Translations under genes and position numbers: made by a program | Source: Alphaproteobacteria bacterium | GTDB taxonomy: Bacteria > Pseudomonadota > Alphaproteobacteria > UBA828 | Length of the DNA: 64,000 nt | Assembly (NCBI GenBank): GCA_965214705.1 | Contig: CBDCCI010000001.1 | Coordinates: 320,001-384,000, forward strand | Direction: 5' to 3' | Part shown: in pieces, positions 63,729-64,000 of the stretch | Numbering within the stretch: position 1 is the first letter of the stretch | Layout: every line of letters starts with the position of its first letter | The notes under the pieces: model-generated | What the model was told of the DNA's origin: nothing | The model's database searches: none | The model's input: the letters and a program-made list of their open reading frames with translations, nothing else

Positions 63729-64000
63729 CTATAATGTTGATGCTCTTGGCCCGACTCCCCAGAAGCCGTACGCATCCGGTCCGGCCAGCCGCTCGGCGAT
63801 ACTTGCGGCCGCCCCGATCCCGTCGGTCTCAGGGAAATAGACCGACGACAAGTAGCTCATGAAGGCGTCGCGAGCGTCCGCATCAAAACTAAGTGCCTCG
63901 GCCTTGGCGAGGACATCCTTGAGACTGTCCAGGTCAGGCGCCGGTGTCGCGATTCCGGGGATGGACCAGAAGGTTTGTCCGCAGACCACCACCGGCTTGT
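63729..64000 (-). CDS. C-terminus of a KpsS-like capsule biosynthesis protein (5' end off the window)
   Basis: Open frame to the window edge; KPVVVCGQTFWSIPGI...FMSYL resembles KpsS/KpsC C-terminal motifs. Confidence 0.6.
   Translation of the reverse strand, partial: KPVVVCGQTFWSIPGIATPAPDLDSLKDVLAKAEALSFDADARDAFMSYLSSVYFPETDGIGAAASIAERLAGPDAYGFWGVGPRASTL

Overview
This is a high-GC alphaproteobacterial chromosomal segment (Rhodospirillales-like by gene order; the taxonomy is inferred). Positions 1-27 kb are mostly core genes: hflK (partial), mrp/apbC, thyX, a circularly permuted two-piece tmRNA followed by sspB, fumC, the rpmH-rnpA-yidD-yidC-engB-argB cluster, nudC, ygfZ, ppdK, glyQS, moaB and udg. 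Positions 27-62 kb are accessory catabolism and transport: CoA ligases, a PhyH dioxygenase, an OYE-type flavoenzyme, DMT exporters, gabD, a B12-binding radical SAM enzyme, a betaine-type ABC transporter and a fused hydantoinase A/B. A lower-GC capsule/glycosyltransferase region begins at the right edge. The main finding is a 2,666-bp element (51313-53978) encoding a tyrosine recombinase and an IS91-type Y2/HUH transposase, inserted at an ACCAT core in the betaine-binding protein gene. Precise excision would restore that ORF, and joining the two element ends would create a long folded hairpin with the crossover core bulged out, reminiscent of single-stranded recombination sites. Other oddities are a degenerate second copy of the tmRNA coding module, fumC lacking a canonical start codon, a roughly 340-aa basic tail on YidC, and a CTAG-flanked mini-palindrome. 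All calls come from reading the sequence and recognising motifs; no database searches were run.
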